A program made the translations under genes and the position numbers. Under the pieces are notes generated by a model that was not told the DNA's origin, searched no databases, and saw nothing but the letters and a program-made list of their open reading frames with translations. A DNA stretch of 63,706 nt, the filler included, from Choristocarpus tenellus KU-1152 (taxonomy: Eukaryota; Protista; Phaeophyceae), in the NCBI GenBank assembly GCA_964200185.2. It is 9 parts of 9 records of this genome, joined end to end, with 100 filler letters (N's around TTAATTAATTAA, not from the genome) between each part and the next. Parts side by side here need not be neighbours in the genome. Positions count along the whole stretch, not along the records: positions 1 to 9,701 come from CAXNAD020003464.1; positions 9,802 to 22,927 come from CAXNAD020001581.1; 7 more parts are not named here. One strand, 5' to 3'. Positions 1 to 12,965 of the stretch are shown here, one piece after another; positions within the stretch are counted from its first letter, which is position 1, and the number at the start of each line of letters is the position of its first letter.

Positions 1-138
1 ACTGGGATAAAGTGTCAACATTATTTTTTTTTTATGACAATACAATAAAAAACATATCGACACTTTATCCCAGTCAATTTTGGGTCAAGTCCATCCTCAA
101 TGAAAAGCTCCATCCTCAATTTTTGAAATCGGCTGTTC
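1..138. mobile_element. Foldback (palindromic) MITE family C, cut by window start
   Basis: Nearly identical to the centre and right arm of the 28024-28228 hairpin element; ends ...GAAATCGGCTGTTC. Confidence 0.8.
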
Positions 139-149
139 TATACGGAGTA

Positions 150-1140
150 CGTAGGTAGGACAACCTGTGTGATACTTCTTCTTGTGTAGGACTATCACTG
201 TTGTGATGAACCCATCCTTCCAAACCTATGGCGCAACTTCTCGCTGGTCCCACACAGTCAACACAATCTTATGGAAACGCTGAAGGGGGGCTGCATTCTC
301 CTTTAAATCATTTTTTTAATTTCATCTGGAATATTTTATGTGCCCATGGCCTTCCCATTTTCCGTTGCCCGGATTGCTTCAGCCACTTCCGTCAATCAGT
401 GTTAACATATCAGTCTATGAGTACCATGCGCATGATGGATCGTTGGTCAAGGGCTCTAGCACTCTAAGGGTTGAGGATAGCAAACTCGCCATTGAGGAGC
501 ATGTTGAAGTATCACATCCACCAATTCAATGATGAGTGCTTGCTCTCTCACTGGCCTGCAAGATTTGCTGGACTGTGTCGAGAGGCACTATATCTGGTTT
601 TGTTACTTTGTACCCTTGATATATTGATCAACAAGATTGGTCCCCACAGAGGATGAGGCTTTCCATCTGCCTTTGTCATAGGTTTCAAGAAACTCCTGTG
701 AGGCAGACACTCTCACCCACTTGAGTTGCTTGCCAGTCGCCTTCGATATCTTCTTGAAAGAAACGTTTTGGGGGTCTGTGTGCAGGTGTTTCCAGGAGCT
801 GCCTGCTACCATCGCCGTTTGTGAGCAACTCCTTCAAGAGGCCATTGAGGGGAGGTGGCAACATCAGCCCATCATTGTCTCCAACTGCATGGGAAAGCAG
901 TGTGAGGCCTCCCTCATGAGTACATAGATGGCATGAAGAAGAGGTTTCTCCTGTTGGAGGTGAAAGCACAGGGGAGATCGTGGATACTGAGTCCTTCATC
1001 TTTGGACAGCCAAAGGTATGTCCCTGTGTGTAGGAGACGGAATGACACTTGATATGTAGATGAAGTCTGTTTTGGTTTTGAGGTCCTCAGTCTTTGGGCG
1101 GTGCAAGTCCGCTTATGGTGTGAAATAACATTCCACATTG
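150..1140 (-). mobile_element. Degenerate non-LTR retrotransposon (RTE-like LINE ORF2) fragment
   Basis: Manual minus-strand translation gives LQRFHKIVLTVWDQREVAP*VWKDGFITTVIVLHKKK, the pre-RT 'W...VP..WKD..I..LHKKK' segment of LINE ORF2, and KATGKQLKWVRVSASQEFL; stops and frameshifts present. Confidence 0.7.
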
Positions 1141-1376
1141 ATCTACCAGCTTAGTCTCGCAAAGGGATGAACAGTTTTCTCCAACCACAATCTACATGGA
1201 CTACTTTCCTAATCAGTCTTTGGCAAGTGTCTGGGGAAGTCTAAACATGCTTTGATAATGGGTTCAATTGAATCACATACTGATTTTATGGAGATTTGGT
1301 ACCCGAACTTCAAATTTGGGCGTACTCTATGCAAAATTCAATATTCAAATTTGGCATGATATCTGATTATTGTGGA

Positions 1377-1552
1377 GCTCAAAGTATCTGCGGGGGAGTG
1401 GCGGATGTCGTCTTGGGGCCAATTTTTTCATGTCTTGGTTTTTGAGTGAATGGGTTCCATACGCTGGAAGGATAATGAAAGTGCGCTTTTCCTGGTTTTG
1501 GTCCAAATGGACACTTTGTAGACCCCCTCCCCCCCCCCAGATACTTTGGATC
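1377..1552. mobile_element. MITE family B (Sola2-like non-autonomous DNA transposon)
   Basis: TIR CAAAGTATCTG(G)n...(C)nCAGATACTTTG; probable TGGA TSD. Confidence 0.85.
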
Positions 1553-2976
1553 TGGACTGTCTAAAACAAGAGCACAGAAAGGATGCTCAGGAAGTGCACC
1601 AAAATAGACTGGACAATTGTAACATGTTGCCATACCACATTGAAGTTGGATCAAGCCTCATAGTTGGGATTAGTGTGATGACCTAGCTTGCAGATTAGGC
1701 AAATCATTTGCTCCCAGAACCGTCCCAAAGTGCTCACCCAGCTAGTTGAGAGAAGATCGAGAAAGTGCAGTTTGACTGTGCAATCAAGGTACTTGATATG
1801 TTTAGATTTCTTGATAACTCTCCCTTGATAAAAATCGTACTCGGTTCTTTGTCGGACCAGCTTGGGCATGCATGTCTCACAGAGATGAACTTAAACAATG
1901 AAGTGGTTGTAGGTTGACTGCACCTCGCCATTTGAATGTCATTTGTATGCAATCATTTGTAGAAGACTTTGCATCCAAAAGCCTCGAAATATCTTCTTCC
2001 CACCTTGTTAGACCACATGAATGTGACAAAGAGTATTCTGGAATTTCCTGTATTCATAGGGAAAAGCGATGAGGCCAGTCTTTCATTTTCTCCAATTTGT
2101 TTGCATCGATGTTTTTTCTTCAGAATGTTGGAGATACTATAATTGGGCAGATTGGTTTCACACGGGTTGCCTTTATACATTGTGTCAACCTAATGTTTGT
2201 CCAAGCAGTCTCCTCTGGATACATTTCAAGCGGCATAGGCACAAGTCAAACTTAAGGACGCATTAGATGCTTTGGTTTTGAAGGAAAATAGGAATAAGAT
2301 AGGGCTGGCCATATTTGCTCTTGGGTGCCATAATAGCAATAAAGTCGTTTGCTCAAAAACACCAATCATCCTTGCGTTTTTGGTGCCCTGCTGCTTCTTC
2401 AACTGGAGTATGCTACAAAGATACTTTGTGCATGAATGAATTCTAGGGGTATATTGGAAAGGTGTGCGTCAACTGACATTTGTATGCCATAGCATTCACT
2501 TCGCCCCTGGGCCTAGAAGTAGGGCAGAGTTAAGGTACACCTCTTTCTGTTGACAATCCTACCAAGGAGAGGGATTCCTACAACTGGGAGAAATATCCTT
2601 CATTTGAATGTTTCCATCACGTATCGACCAGGGAGAGTGGAATTTATCGAGAAAGGGATAAGGAGAGCAGGGATTTGAACAATGAACATATATTCACATC
2701 ACGCAATATAGCCTGCATCGTGATAACCCTTCATTGCCAAAATAGTGTTAGAAGTGACAGGAACATAGTACCCTCCACATGCTAATAGTATGCATCTTTG
2801 CACCATGCCTTCTTGACCAGGATATACTGGATGCCAAAGGGTGGGGAAATAAAAAGGTGCATGCACTTGGATTGATGAAAATATCATACCATACATTGCT
2901 TTACGTTTGTCTCGTCACGCCACACCATTCTGGTTTACCGATGTAAATCATGTGTCAGTTCCCTCCACTCTCTCCT

Positions 2977-3236
2977 GAGCCAAAGTATCTTAGAGAGTAG
3001 AGCCGCGTCCATTTGGGGGTCAAAATCCAATGTTGCGATTTTGATGTAATTTTGGCTATCATGTTTGTTACGAAGTGTCAATATCCATGGTTCCGGACAT
3101 ACTTTGTCGTAAGATGTACATCTTACATACTCCTAAACATTTTGGGAGTAGAAAAATGTCATTAAAAAACCATGGGAAGCCAAGCCCCAAATGGACAAAC
3201 AGGGAAAAACTCGTACCCTCCAAGATACTTTCACTC
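2977..3236. mobile_element. MITE family A (Sola2-like)
   Basis: TIR AAAGTATCTTAGAG...; flanks TCCT/TCAT (4-bp TSD with 1 mismatch). Confidence 0.9.
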
Positions 3237-3706
3237 TCATCTCAGATTACGTTTGTCACCAAGGTTGATTTGCTCCCTCCCTATTCTTGTGGGGACTGGT
3301 TTTGCGCTGGTTCCCCTTCAAACCCCACAGCTCACTTGGATGAGTACCTTCAAGGAATCAACCTCTGGGTGGCACGTCATGCGCAGATATTGTAGTTATA
3401 CCTCACATATTGACCCTTTAGGCTGCTTGGAATGATTTCATGATGGCAGCATAAATTCGGGCTGCTTTGCATTGTAGGGGTACATTCAGAAGTAGTAGCT
3501 GAAATAGCTAGTGCTCACCCTTTAGACCAAGCACAATATATAGAAATATAATAATCTCTTAGTTGGCGTTGATGCTGTGATGCCTCCACTTGCCCTCTGT
3601 TCCACTACTCCACACTAGCCCTTGCTGGCTGTTGCTGAGTTTCCAGTGGGAGACAAAGGTACCCTGGCAATTGAACAAGTCATCTCAAGAACCGGAGAAG
3701 AGATGG

Positions 3707-3964
3707 GAGTGAAAGTATCTTAGAGGGTACGATTTTTGCCCTGTTTGTCCATTTGGGGCTTAGCCTCCCATGTTTTTTTGGTGACATTTTCCTACTCAAA
3801 AATATTTCAGAGTAGATAAAGTGTATATGTTATGAAAAGGTGTGTCTGGAAAAAGGATATTGACACTTCCAAACAAACACAATAGTCAAAATTTCATCAA
3901 AATCGCAACTTTAGATTTTAGTCCCCAAATGGACGCGGCCCTACCCTCTAAGATACTTTGGCTC
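3707..3964. mobile_element. MITE family A (Sola2-like), opposite orientation to 2977-3236
   Basis: TIRs GAGTGAAAGTATCTTAGAGGGTA...TACCCTCTAAGATACTTTGGCTC; perfect ATGG TSD. Confidence 0.92.
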
Positions 3965-4049
3965 ATGGGTGACGATCTGAACGCCAGGGAATTCTCCCAG
4001 TTCAAAGCAGGAAGGTTTATCAGTCATCATTTTTTATCCTGTTCATGAC

Positions 4050-4620
4050 ACCACCTCTTCAATTCAGTAATTCTTCTCTTCGGTTGTAAACCAGTAGTCT
4101 CTTTAAGGGACTGTACTGTACCCCCAAAATGCCAGGGTTGCTCATGCTCTCTCCCAACTATGTTCTCCTTTTCACCCTTTTGCAACCAACAAATTCGTAC
4201 ACATTCACACAGTGTCAACTCACGTCACGAAAATCAAGTTGCTCGAGGAGCTTCAGAATTTCTACAGTATTGTGTGTGCATTCCTCCCATTTGTGAGTAC
4301 AAGCTATAATGTCTACCAATTGATCTGGATCCCTACCTCATTGCATTTATCCTCTTGAACAGGTGGAATTGTCTACCACTTGCTAGGTTAAAGATTCTTG
4401 TGGCCAAGGCAATGGCAAAGGACTCCGCTCAAGACATGTCACCCTATGTTGCCGACTACCTGTCTCAATCTACTGTGTTGAAGAGAAGGTACATTGAGGC
4501 GTATACATACTGCAGAGCATGTACGGTACGCAGAGGAGTTTTTGACATGGAGCTTTGGTGATGATCTCACGAAACAATTGGACTGAGGTATCACTACTAA
4601 TGACATCACGTAAGTGTGTA
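4050..4620 (+). mobile_element. Highly decayed Ty1/copia RT-RNaseH remnant
   Basis: ARVAHALSQL (~RPDIAYAVSQL), RRYIEAYTYCRACTVRRGVF (~RTKHID.RYHFVRE.V..G) and DDLTKQL (~ADILTKAL) occur in the expected order. Confidence 0.45.
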
Positions 4621-6059
4621 TATTGATGTTCCTCCGTTGAGAGTACTAATGCCCTAGGCTTGTTCTTGGTGTTCAGTCGATTTTCCTCCTTCCATGCACC
4701 ACAGTTATGCCCTTACTGCCAGCAACTTTGGTTTCACAACACACTTCTAACAATTTTTTGTAGGTTTTGGTCTGCAGATTCCCCTGTGCTGCAGAGGGCC
4801 TGTATTGCAGCAAGATTTTCGCATTCTACCTCGATGATTTATGACCTGTCACGAGGAATATGATGTGGTCATGGAATAGATATGAGTAGGGAAGGGGTCT
4901 GCAAGTATTATGTGACGGTGTATGAGTAGAAGGGAGTACCATTCTCTCCAATAAGCAACAGTATGGGGTACTGGAGTTGGAGGTCATGAATGCATCGGTG
5001 ATGGGGAATGGATGGTTGTTGAATATTAGTAGCAGCCTTGAGTGGAAATGGTATAGTTTACACTTCTCCTCTCCCCTCATTATGCTACATGGCAAGGTCC
5101 TTATTGGTTCTCATACTATTCTCCACCATATTCTAGGCGAGGGGGATGCCCCTGACCTTGTTCAGTGGTACCTCGGTGACTGTACGTATAAAAACAACTT
5201 TGTTGGCATTGGCAAGTACTTGAGCAGCATCATGGGGCTTAACACGACAAAATTTTGATCGTCGTAGTAGAGTCTCTGCAGACAGGGAGCTTTTCGCACA
5301 AGAGTACTCATAGGATGTGAACTGAGGGTGCTTTCTGGCGCCGCTGATTTGCAGGTGACTACATAGTAGGTCCTTAATCCACAGGGTGTCACATTCCGGT
5401 GCTGTGGCCAGACCAGATATCTCTCACATGTCTTCCTCTCAACAGTATCACAATGGTAGTTTCTACCCCTCTGAGGAAGGCAATGAACAATGCGTATGGG
5501 TTGTGTACCTCAAGGCAATGAGTGCTGCTCATGGCCTTACGCTACCATATAGAAAAGAAAGAACCTCTTCGACAAGAAAAATCTAATCGCAATACTTGTT
5601 GCAAGGACCCATTGCTTCACAAATATTGTAGGATGACTGGGTCACATGGTGATCATATATCAACAGCTAACACAGTTGCATGGTCTTGGAGTGTGTGCCT
5701 CAGAAATCAACCTTTTGGTGGTGTGACTTGGAAGGCTGTTGGTGGTTTGATCTCACATTACATACATTGGTCTGGCTTGGAGACATTGTTTCTAGAGCTT
5801 ACACCCTTTCCTCAGAGCGGAGGAATGAAGAGACTGCATTGATGCAGCACAATCTTGGTATACTTCCTTCTAAGCAGATATCGCTGATGCACGGGGCTGT
5901 CTCAAACTCCGAATTTCCTCGCTGAGATCTCGAGGTGGTTCATTGCACCAAAATATTTGCATCAGCGGTTTGAAGATGCAATTTTATGTACCGTTAAGAT
6001 TTCCACCCAGAGTATATGACTGCATGATTCCTCCAAGTTTCCCGGAATTGATAGTAATG

Positions 6060-6727
6060 TAGACATGGGGCATGTATCCCAACTGCCCAGGATGCAGTTG
6101 TAACCTCTGCAATGTGCATACTCCCAACCCCCATTCCATTCTGCACAAAACCAAGCTCAAATGCTCTGACTGCTTGCTTCGCTTGACGAGAAGCGTATGA
6201 CAGCAGTAATGATGTGTCTCCCATGTGCCAGCTGATACATTTTTGCAGTTGGGTCTTGGCGAGGACATCTCGGGTGTCCACGTACCGAGGACATTGCTGT
6301 GTCTCTTTTCAGAGAGGGTGAGAGGATTACTGTCTGAAGGGAGACTGGGTGGATCTGGACAACGGGCATACTTGTCAGTATCTCCAATTTACTCCGTGTC
6401 CATCACACATGGACCTCCAAGGAATCATGATATTGTACTCAACCACCAGCTCTACCTCGTTTGTTGTCTTAGGTTCACCCATCCAGGTCTTACTGTGACC
6501 CCTGCCCCAAGCACCTACTCACCCCCACAACCCCTTCTGTCCATTTCCTTGACCCGAAACTCGATACCCGCTGGAATCGTGAAAGTTGTATCACCATGAA
6601 GACTACCATGGTGGCATGCGGATCTATCTACACTACAGCCCTGACTGTGGATGTAAGGGTCTTTACCTGGGGTGCAGGGGAGGATGGGGGCATTGGACAG
6701 GGTGGAGACGAGATCTTTCCTGCACAG
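6060..6727 (+). CDS. RCC1-repeat protein exons (gene or pseudogene fragment)
   Basis: Exon LGLGEDISGVHVPRTLLCLFSER|gtgag, then TTMVACGSIYTTALTVDVRVFTWGAGEDGGIGQGGDEIFPAQ|gtagg; matches the RCC1 consensus VACG..HT.ALT.DG.VFTWG.G..GQLG. Confidence 0.65.
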
Positions 6728-8517
6728 GTAGGACTATGATGACGCTTGTTGTGCTAAAGGCAGCGATAGGAGGGCAGGCTTGATATGGATGAGACTCTTG
6801 TGACCGTACACCACGCATCCATACTCAGAGATGCCACCTGCTTGAGGAGAAGAATTTTTGAGCTCGTCTATTATTAGACTGATATTCCTGTTTCAGTCAC
6901 TTGCACAGCCTAAGGGGTTCAGGGATCAATAGCACTTTACTGGTGCTCCTACATGCTAAGATTTGAGAGGATACGCTAGATGCAAGTAGTGCTGCTCCTA
7001 TGTAAACCCTTGCACTTTTGCTTCAAGAACTGGTTATCATCGTAAAATGTCTTAGTGTTACTCAGATATGCTTTGTGGCGCTCTAATGATTCACACCTCT
7101 GCACGAAGTCAACTAAGGGCACGATGTTGTGTGCCCAATTACTGTAGGCAACAAACGGTCTTGGATCATAGCAAGAGTACCATGCCACAGTTGTAGTGGT
7201 TTGGGTTGTAGATAGGACCCTGGCAAGACCTATAACATCCTCGCATAAATGCACTTACAGCAAAGAAATTTCGAAGTGCAAGGTGAATAGAAATGATTGA
7301 ATGATTCAAAAACAAGTACCCAAACCTTCTTTAAAAGAGTGGTACATTCAAATGTGTGTGTGTGGATGTCAATGCGCTTACTCTAGTCACCTCAACATAT
7401 ATGCTTCACAAGAATCGAAAGTGTGTAGGAGAGTAGTCTTGGTCTCTTAAAAGACAAGCAAGAATTCAACATTCCGAATCAACGTGTCTACGACGGTCTC
7501 CCAAAAGAAGCTCCCATCACGGATCTGCTGACAGTCAAATGAGAAACTCTATCTAAGTCCTTACATTAAAATCATGGTGCATTCATATGTTGTCCAGGTT
7601 CATATGGGTAGAAATCAGGCGCATCCCATACTCCACAGTCTACATAAAGGTAGTTTACATTTTCCTTTTTCTGCGTTTTGCTGTAACAATGTGGAAATCT
7701 CTCCTTTTTGTCGAGATCAAAATCTTGATATTTCAGGCCTTGGAGTTTTTTTCAGCTTCAGCGATTTATTGCCATGGTGGTATGACTTGTCCTTCCTCAC
7801 TCACAACATGTTTAGGGAAATGCCCAGCATCTTAACCTACACTTCTCTTTGCTGTATATATCTGGGAAAAATTATGTTACATATATCACTGCCGAGATGA
7901 CAATTGATTGATGTTCAAGGAACTGGATATTTGTTGGTATGCGTTAACACTCTGGGCAGGTGATTTGGTGCAGAAAATACCTTCATTCATAGCACAAAGG
8001 TGAAGGATAGCACTGTACTTTTTCGTGAGAGTCAACATCACTTCCATGGGAAAGGGGGGGTCAAATGATATGGTTTATTTCTCTCTACAACCTTGGAGGG
8101 AAGATGCTGTTTAATTTTGTATGGCCTATTTACGAGTAGTTGCTACCACTCAACAAAATGCCTACCCCTGCCCAGGGTATTTGTCCTTGTCCCAACCTCG
8201 TGTGTCCACCCTCTTACCATGCTCACACTGCTCTGGTCTGTCTCTCACAAATGTGGAAGGGGATCTGACGGGTGAGATCGTTTGAAGGTAGCCTCGGGAG
8301 AGTGCCTGTCCCTTGCTGTGTGCTTATCTGGCAATGTTTTTGGATGGGGTGGTCACAGAGGTAAGGTCAAAGCAGACAAGACCGCAGTGCTAGCCATCAT
8401 GTTGCACGTTCAGAGGCGTTACTTACCAACAGCATACACAAGTCTGGACCAGAAATCTAGTCTAGAGATGACTGGAGGTATCCTTGTGTCCAATGTCTAG
8501 AGATGCAAATAGAATAA

Positions 8518-8539
8518 TACACACACACACACACACACA
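8518..8539. repeat. (CA)n microsatellite
   Basis: acacacac run seen directly. Confidence 0.9.
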
Positions 8540-8620
8540 TGTATTGGGGAGTGGAGGGTGGAGGAGGAGATATCTCCCTTCAACTGACTCTCGGCTAAAA
8601 TGGTAAATTCTCTCACATAA

Positions 8621-8797
8621 GACTCAAAGTATCTGGGGGGGGTGGCAACTGTCCATTTGGGCCAATTTTTTCATGTCGTGATTTTTGGGTGATTTGGTTG
8701 CTTACGTCGGATGGATAATCTAAGTGCACTTTTCCTGGTTATGATCCAAATGGACACCGTGGTGTAGAACCCCTCCCCTCCCCAGATACTTTGGGTC
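8621..8797. mobile_element. MITE family B (Sola2-like)
   Basis: GACTCAAAGTATCTGGGG...CCCCAGATACTTTGGGTC; perfect ATAA TSD. Confidence 0.92.
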
Positions 8798-8899
8798 ATA
8801 ATCACCTGAGTGACACAAGAGTGCATTGTGTTCATCTCATCACTTGTCTGACATGTGGCCCCCATGTGTTCTCATGCAAAAATATAATGGCAAAATACA

Positions 8900-9640
8900 C
8901 TACTTGATTACACCTGCAGGGGGAAAGGATGTGGTTGGTGCTGGTCCTGAGGGTTGTAAGGGGTTCTCCAACAGCCCCGTCTCGGTACAATAATCGCTAA
9001 CCACCTTGACTCTTTTCAGGAAAACCTGTTTGTGCGATTGATAGCACAGGTGCAAAAGCACAGGATTACGTTGCGAAGAATGCATTTTTTCATAACCCTT
9101 CTTCTCAGACCTCCTATTCTCATTATGGTGTCGAAAATTGATATACCACTGTATCAGTGCTATCCGATGTTTGCCCAGATCATGGGCTTAACGGGTAAGG
9201 TGGCAGAGGTGCAGTGCGGTGCATGCTTCGATCTAGCACTTACAGAGGAGGTGGGTGTGGAACAGGCACATGGTATGGTAATGCTCTCCATATGTGCACA
9301 TTTGCCACTTAAATGTGCATACTGCTTCGTGTTATGTCTTCTGGATGGAATTGTGCCCTTGGCAAAAGTATGTGAAGGCTGGAGGTTTTGAAAATTGATG
9401 GGGAGATGACCTTCAACTGTAGAATCTTTACCCAATGCATAGTGTGTTGTGCCAATGTATCACAAGAGGTATAATTTGCTTTGCTGCACAGTGGTTGTGG
9501 AATACCTTTGTAGTGTCTGTCTGGTCAATGAGAAATCTCTCTCCAAGTGTGTTCTGAGAAGTCGGTTCTGTTCTGTGTAACTGGCGAATTGATGAACTCT
9601 GGCTCATCGTATTCATCCACTAGCACGACTCTTTTCCACG
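8900..9640 (-). mobile_element. Possible decayed LINE ORF fragment
   Basis: Long intron-less, stop-interrupted minus frame (FKWQMCTYGEHYHTMCLFHTHLLCK...AHDLGKHRIALIQWYI) resembling post-RT LINE sequence; weak. Confidence 0.3.
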
Positions 9641-9646
9641 GTAGTA

Positions 9647-9701
9647 GAGTGAAAGTATCTTAGAGGGTTTGAGTTTTGCCCTGTTTGTCCGTTTGGGGCT
9701 T
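9647..9701. mobile_element. MITE family A end, truncated by assembly gap
   Basis: GAGTGAAAGTATCTTAGAGGG... runs into Ns. Confidence 0.85.
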
Positions 9702-9801
9702 NNNNNNNNNNNNNNNNNNNNNNNNNNNNNNNNNNNNNNNNNNNNTTAATTAATTAANNNNNNNNNNNNNNNNNNNNNNNNNNNNNNNNNNNNNNNNNNN
9801 N
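9702..9801. other. Artificial contig linker (N44-TTAATTAATTAA-N44); same linker starts at 22928, 27446, 30867, 36089, 39659, 42469 and 49772
   Basis: Identical 100-bp spacer with stop codons in all six frames, 8 copies. Confidence 0.95.
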
Positions 9802-10660
9802 GTACCCAGTGACCAGGTGCAAGAGGCAAAATGTTGATACCAGACATGCCCGTACCTACCCCAGGGCAGGAAGCCAGGTCCGACAACTCACACCTATGGT
9901 GAAACGTCTCAGTCAGCTATGCAAAGGAATGGGCATCCCTTGCACTATGGAAGACGGTAACCCCTTCACAGTGGGCAGGAATTTCCGCATGCATCTTGTC
10001 TTCCATAAAGGGGCACTTGCGGATGCGGGGTCAGCCCCCTACAGGGACAAAGGTCTCCTGCTAGATGCTACGTTTGCAGAGGTGCAGGCAACCTCCCACC
10101 TTCCCCGCACATCCACCAGCAATGGTGTAGCTGCTGCAGCTTGAGGCGTGAAAGCGCACCCACTACGAGGGATCTTTTGACCCTCATAGTTATAACCTCA
10201 ACACCTTCGCGGTGGAAGGTTTTGGGCGCCTTGGCAAGCAAGCGGAATTTTTCTGGATGAGCTAGCTACGCACACAGTAGGGGGGAGAGTGACAGGAGGT
10301 TACAGCAGGAAGGGGGCTGGTAAATCCCATCTACAACAGACAGTTTCTGTCGCAACACAGGTAGCCCTGTCCAGACAGGCCATGCACTTTAAGCTGGAGA
10401 CACCGGGGAGATGGGCAAGGAGGGGCTTGTTAGATTCGTGGGATGCCTCCCTAGCCCCTTACCCTGGAGTACAGGACTAAGCTAGGTTAGAGGCACAGGA
10501 AGGGAACGGTGTAGCATAAGCGGTAGTAAAATAGCAAATGGATTAATATTTTTCACATTTATGACTGTTACATTCTTAGGGTTTATTCTGAGATGTGAAT
10601 CGTTTCTGTTGACTTTCCCCTGGAACATCTGCAAAACGTCAGAGGGCATAATAATAATAA
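9802..10660 (+). mobile_element. 3' end of a CRE-like non-LTR retrotransposon (restriction-like endonuclease domain, 3' UTR, (TAA)n tail)
   Basis: RMHLVF...LLLDATFA...GVAAAA*..K..., then FAVEGFGRLGKQAEFFLDELA...VSVATQVALSR, typical of the RLE C-terminus of CRE-clade elements; ends CAGAGGGCA(TAA)n. Confidence 0.8.
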
Positions 10661-11039
10661 AAAATAATAACATGTGGAAATATTTGTCAGTAAGACTCAT
10701 CTTCTGCGAAACGTGTACAAATGATTCGGCGATAAAAGCAAATTTGGTTAAATCCCTCACTAATGATTTGATGGTGAGGATAAATAGCAAAAATCAAAAA
10801 ATATGATCCGTGAATGTTTCACCAGGTTAGAAGATTTGTCCACAACACTCATGGGAAAAAAATTGATACAAATGGTTTAGGATCTAGAATTGAAAGAGTC
10901 AACTCCTAAATCTTCAGTTTGTGAGGATGTGCCCCACTCAGATTTATTACATGAATGGCTATTGATTAGTCGGAAAAATTTGATTAGTACGCTACAAATA
11001 GGAATTGAGTTGTCGGATGTATGAACTTTTTCCCTATGC

Positions 11040-11302
11040 GAGTCCAAATATGTTAGAGGGTAGAGCCGCGTCCATTTGGGGGCCAAAATCCAATGTTGCG
11101 ATTTTGATGAAATATTGGCTTTCGTGTTTGTTAGGAAGCGTCAATATCCTTGTTTCAGACACACACCTTTTCATAATCCACACATTTTTACCTACTCCAA
11201 AACTGTTTCGGAGTAGGTAAAATGTCATAAAAAACCTGTGGGAAGCCAAGCCCCAAAAGGACAAACTGGGCAAAACTCGTACCCTCTAAGGTACTTTTAA
11301 TC
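11040..11302. mobile_element. MITE family A (Sola2-like)
   Basis: Full-length copy with slightly decayed TIRs; perfect ATGC TSD. Confidence 0.9.
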
Positions 11303-12339
11303 ATGCCACTCAGTCATACAGATGGTTAAGGGAACTTGCCGTTCCTTTCCTTCTACCCAATACTACACACAGTAGCTGAGTATGTCCCAGGAATATTTTA
11401 CTTGGCTTGCTCTTCATGCATTCAGTGACCAATGTTTAGTAGCACTCTGGCACTATTTATCCCTTTGTCCACACTCGTTGTTCCCGGTGTGATGTGGTGC
11501 CCTGCAGCACTCCAGAGAGTGGTGTGTAGGCAATCGTTCCAAGGAAAACATGCTTGTTTGGGACAAACCTTCCTGCCACTTGAAATGGACAACATGAGGG
11601 TGTCGTTGAAACTTACGTTGGGGTATTTTGGTCATATAGAACTCCCCTTCATAGAATCGTCTGATGCATGGAAGATGTAGGGGGTTGGAGTTGTCGAGTT
11701 CAAGTGGTGGGAGTGTGGCTTGCGCTCCATTAGTGTTGCTGCTGTCCTCAAACTAATTTGAGGCGAAGATGATCTTTCTGTACGTAAATTTGACCCATAA
11801 AAAAAGTCGCCAACCAGGGTAAATAAACTATCACAGACCAGGGTCCTGCCTAACAGCAAAAAACAAATTACATTCTACCCAACCATTCCCTCAGCATTAC
11901 TAAAATAACTGTTGTTGGACTACAAGTAGAAAATAAGGTCAGGGAACGAGGGGAAGAGACGAGGGTCCGATGATAGCAGTTATAAATTATCCACTGCTTC
12001 CCGTCTAATACTAATACAAATATCTGATCTCACATTGAATACAAAAAATACTCTGGAGTAAGTGCTACATATTAAGTTGGTTTGGGTAGTAGCATTCTGG
12101 TATCGGTCGAAAATAAAACACGAGAACATATTTCCAGTGATAATGGTTGTGATGGACAGGGATATTTTATAGATTACATAGAACCATACATATTAGAAGA
12201 CTGTGGAAGGTCATTTCGAAACAAGAATTTTATCTCCTATTTCTGCCAATCTATCAAAAAACAAAATAAAGTGGTGCGCTTTTGTACAACAGTGAACACA
12301 GTAAAACTGTTGGGCTAGATGTATGTGGAGAGATTGTTG

Positions 12340-12965
12340 CTTGATTCTAAGGAACAGTGGCAGGCACAGAACCACTTACGATGCATGCATCATCGTTTAG
12401 TGCATTGCAGATATACTATTGAACGGAGAAAAGCAATGAAGGCCTCCAAGAAGACAAAATTATGTCAAGGCAGAAAAATACTGTTCTACTGCACCGAAGA
12501 AATAGAGAGCACAGTCTCAAAAGAAAAGGCGTTCTGACATTCTTCACAAAACATGACATCGTCTTGTCATTACATCTTACCATTTGGTAGAAAAGCACTA
12601 CGTAGAACACAAATCGATGCAGTTTGCAGTCTCTTAAAAAATTGATCTATTTGGTAACATGTGTTGGATAGGACCAATCAATAATGGTCTTTATCTACTG
12701 AGTTGACTCCTACCTCTCAATTGATTTCTTAGGGGTCAGGGAATGTCTTACCACTGTAGATTTGTCCAACCATCCAAAGAATAAATTCAATCCACACCTC
12801 ATGCAATGCGTCTCCTACTATGAAGTCTAGCGCCCGCTCATGCCATGGCATCGGTATTACTATCGCTTTGTCATTGTCATTACTTGGTATTTGGCGATGA
12901 CGAATCTTTCTCAGAAAGTCATTCTGTAGTAGGCGGCAGCATTGTCTTCAAGGGTTCTGACCTGA
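12340..12965 (-). pseudogene. Possible decayed gene exons including a FYVE-like segment
   Basis: Exon-like RQCCRLLQNDFLRKIRHRQIPSNDNDKAIVIPMPWHERALDFIVGDALHE|gt, then QDDVMFCEECQNAFS and WFCACHCS with stops. Confidence 0.25.

Noticed and set aside
2700-2900. FISPPF resembling a DIRS-type adenine methyltransferase motif
   Set aside because: A single short match with no RT, RNaseH or tyrosine recombinase nearby
5994-6281. Minus-strand ORF resembling a CRE-type RT segment
   Set aside because: It overlaps a better-supported plus-strand RCC1 exon and no YxDD motif follows
7560-7830. GVWDAPDFYP resembling the GH32 WECPDF motif
   Set aside because: The catalytic Glu is absent, the frame is broken and no other GH32 motifs are present
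9746-9757. TTAATTAATTAA as a biological motif or piggyBac site
   Set aside because: Always centred in identical N runs; it is a synthetic linker
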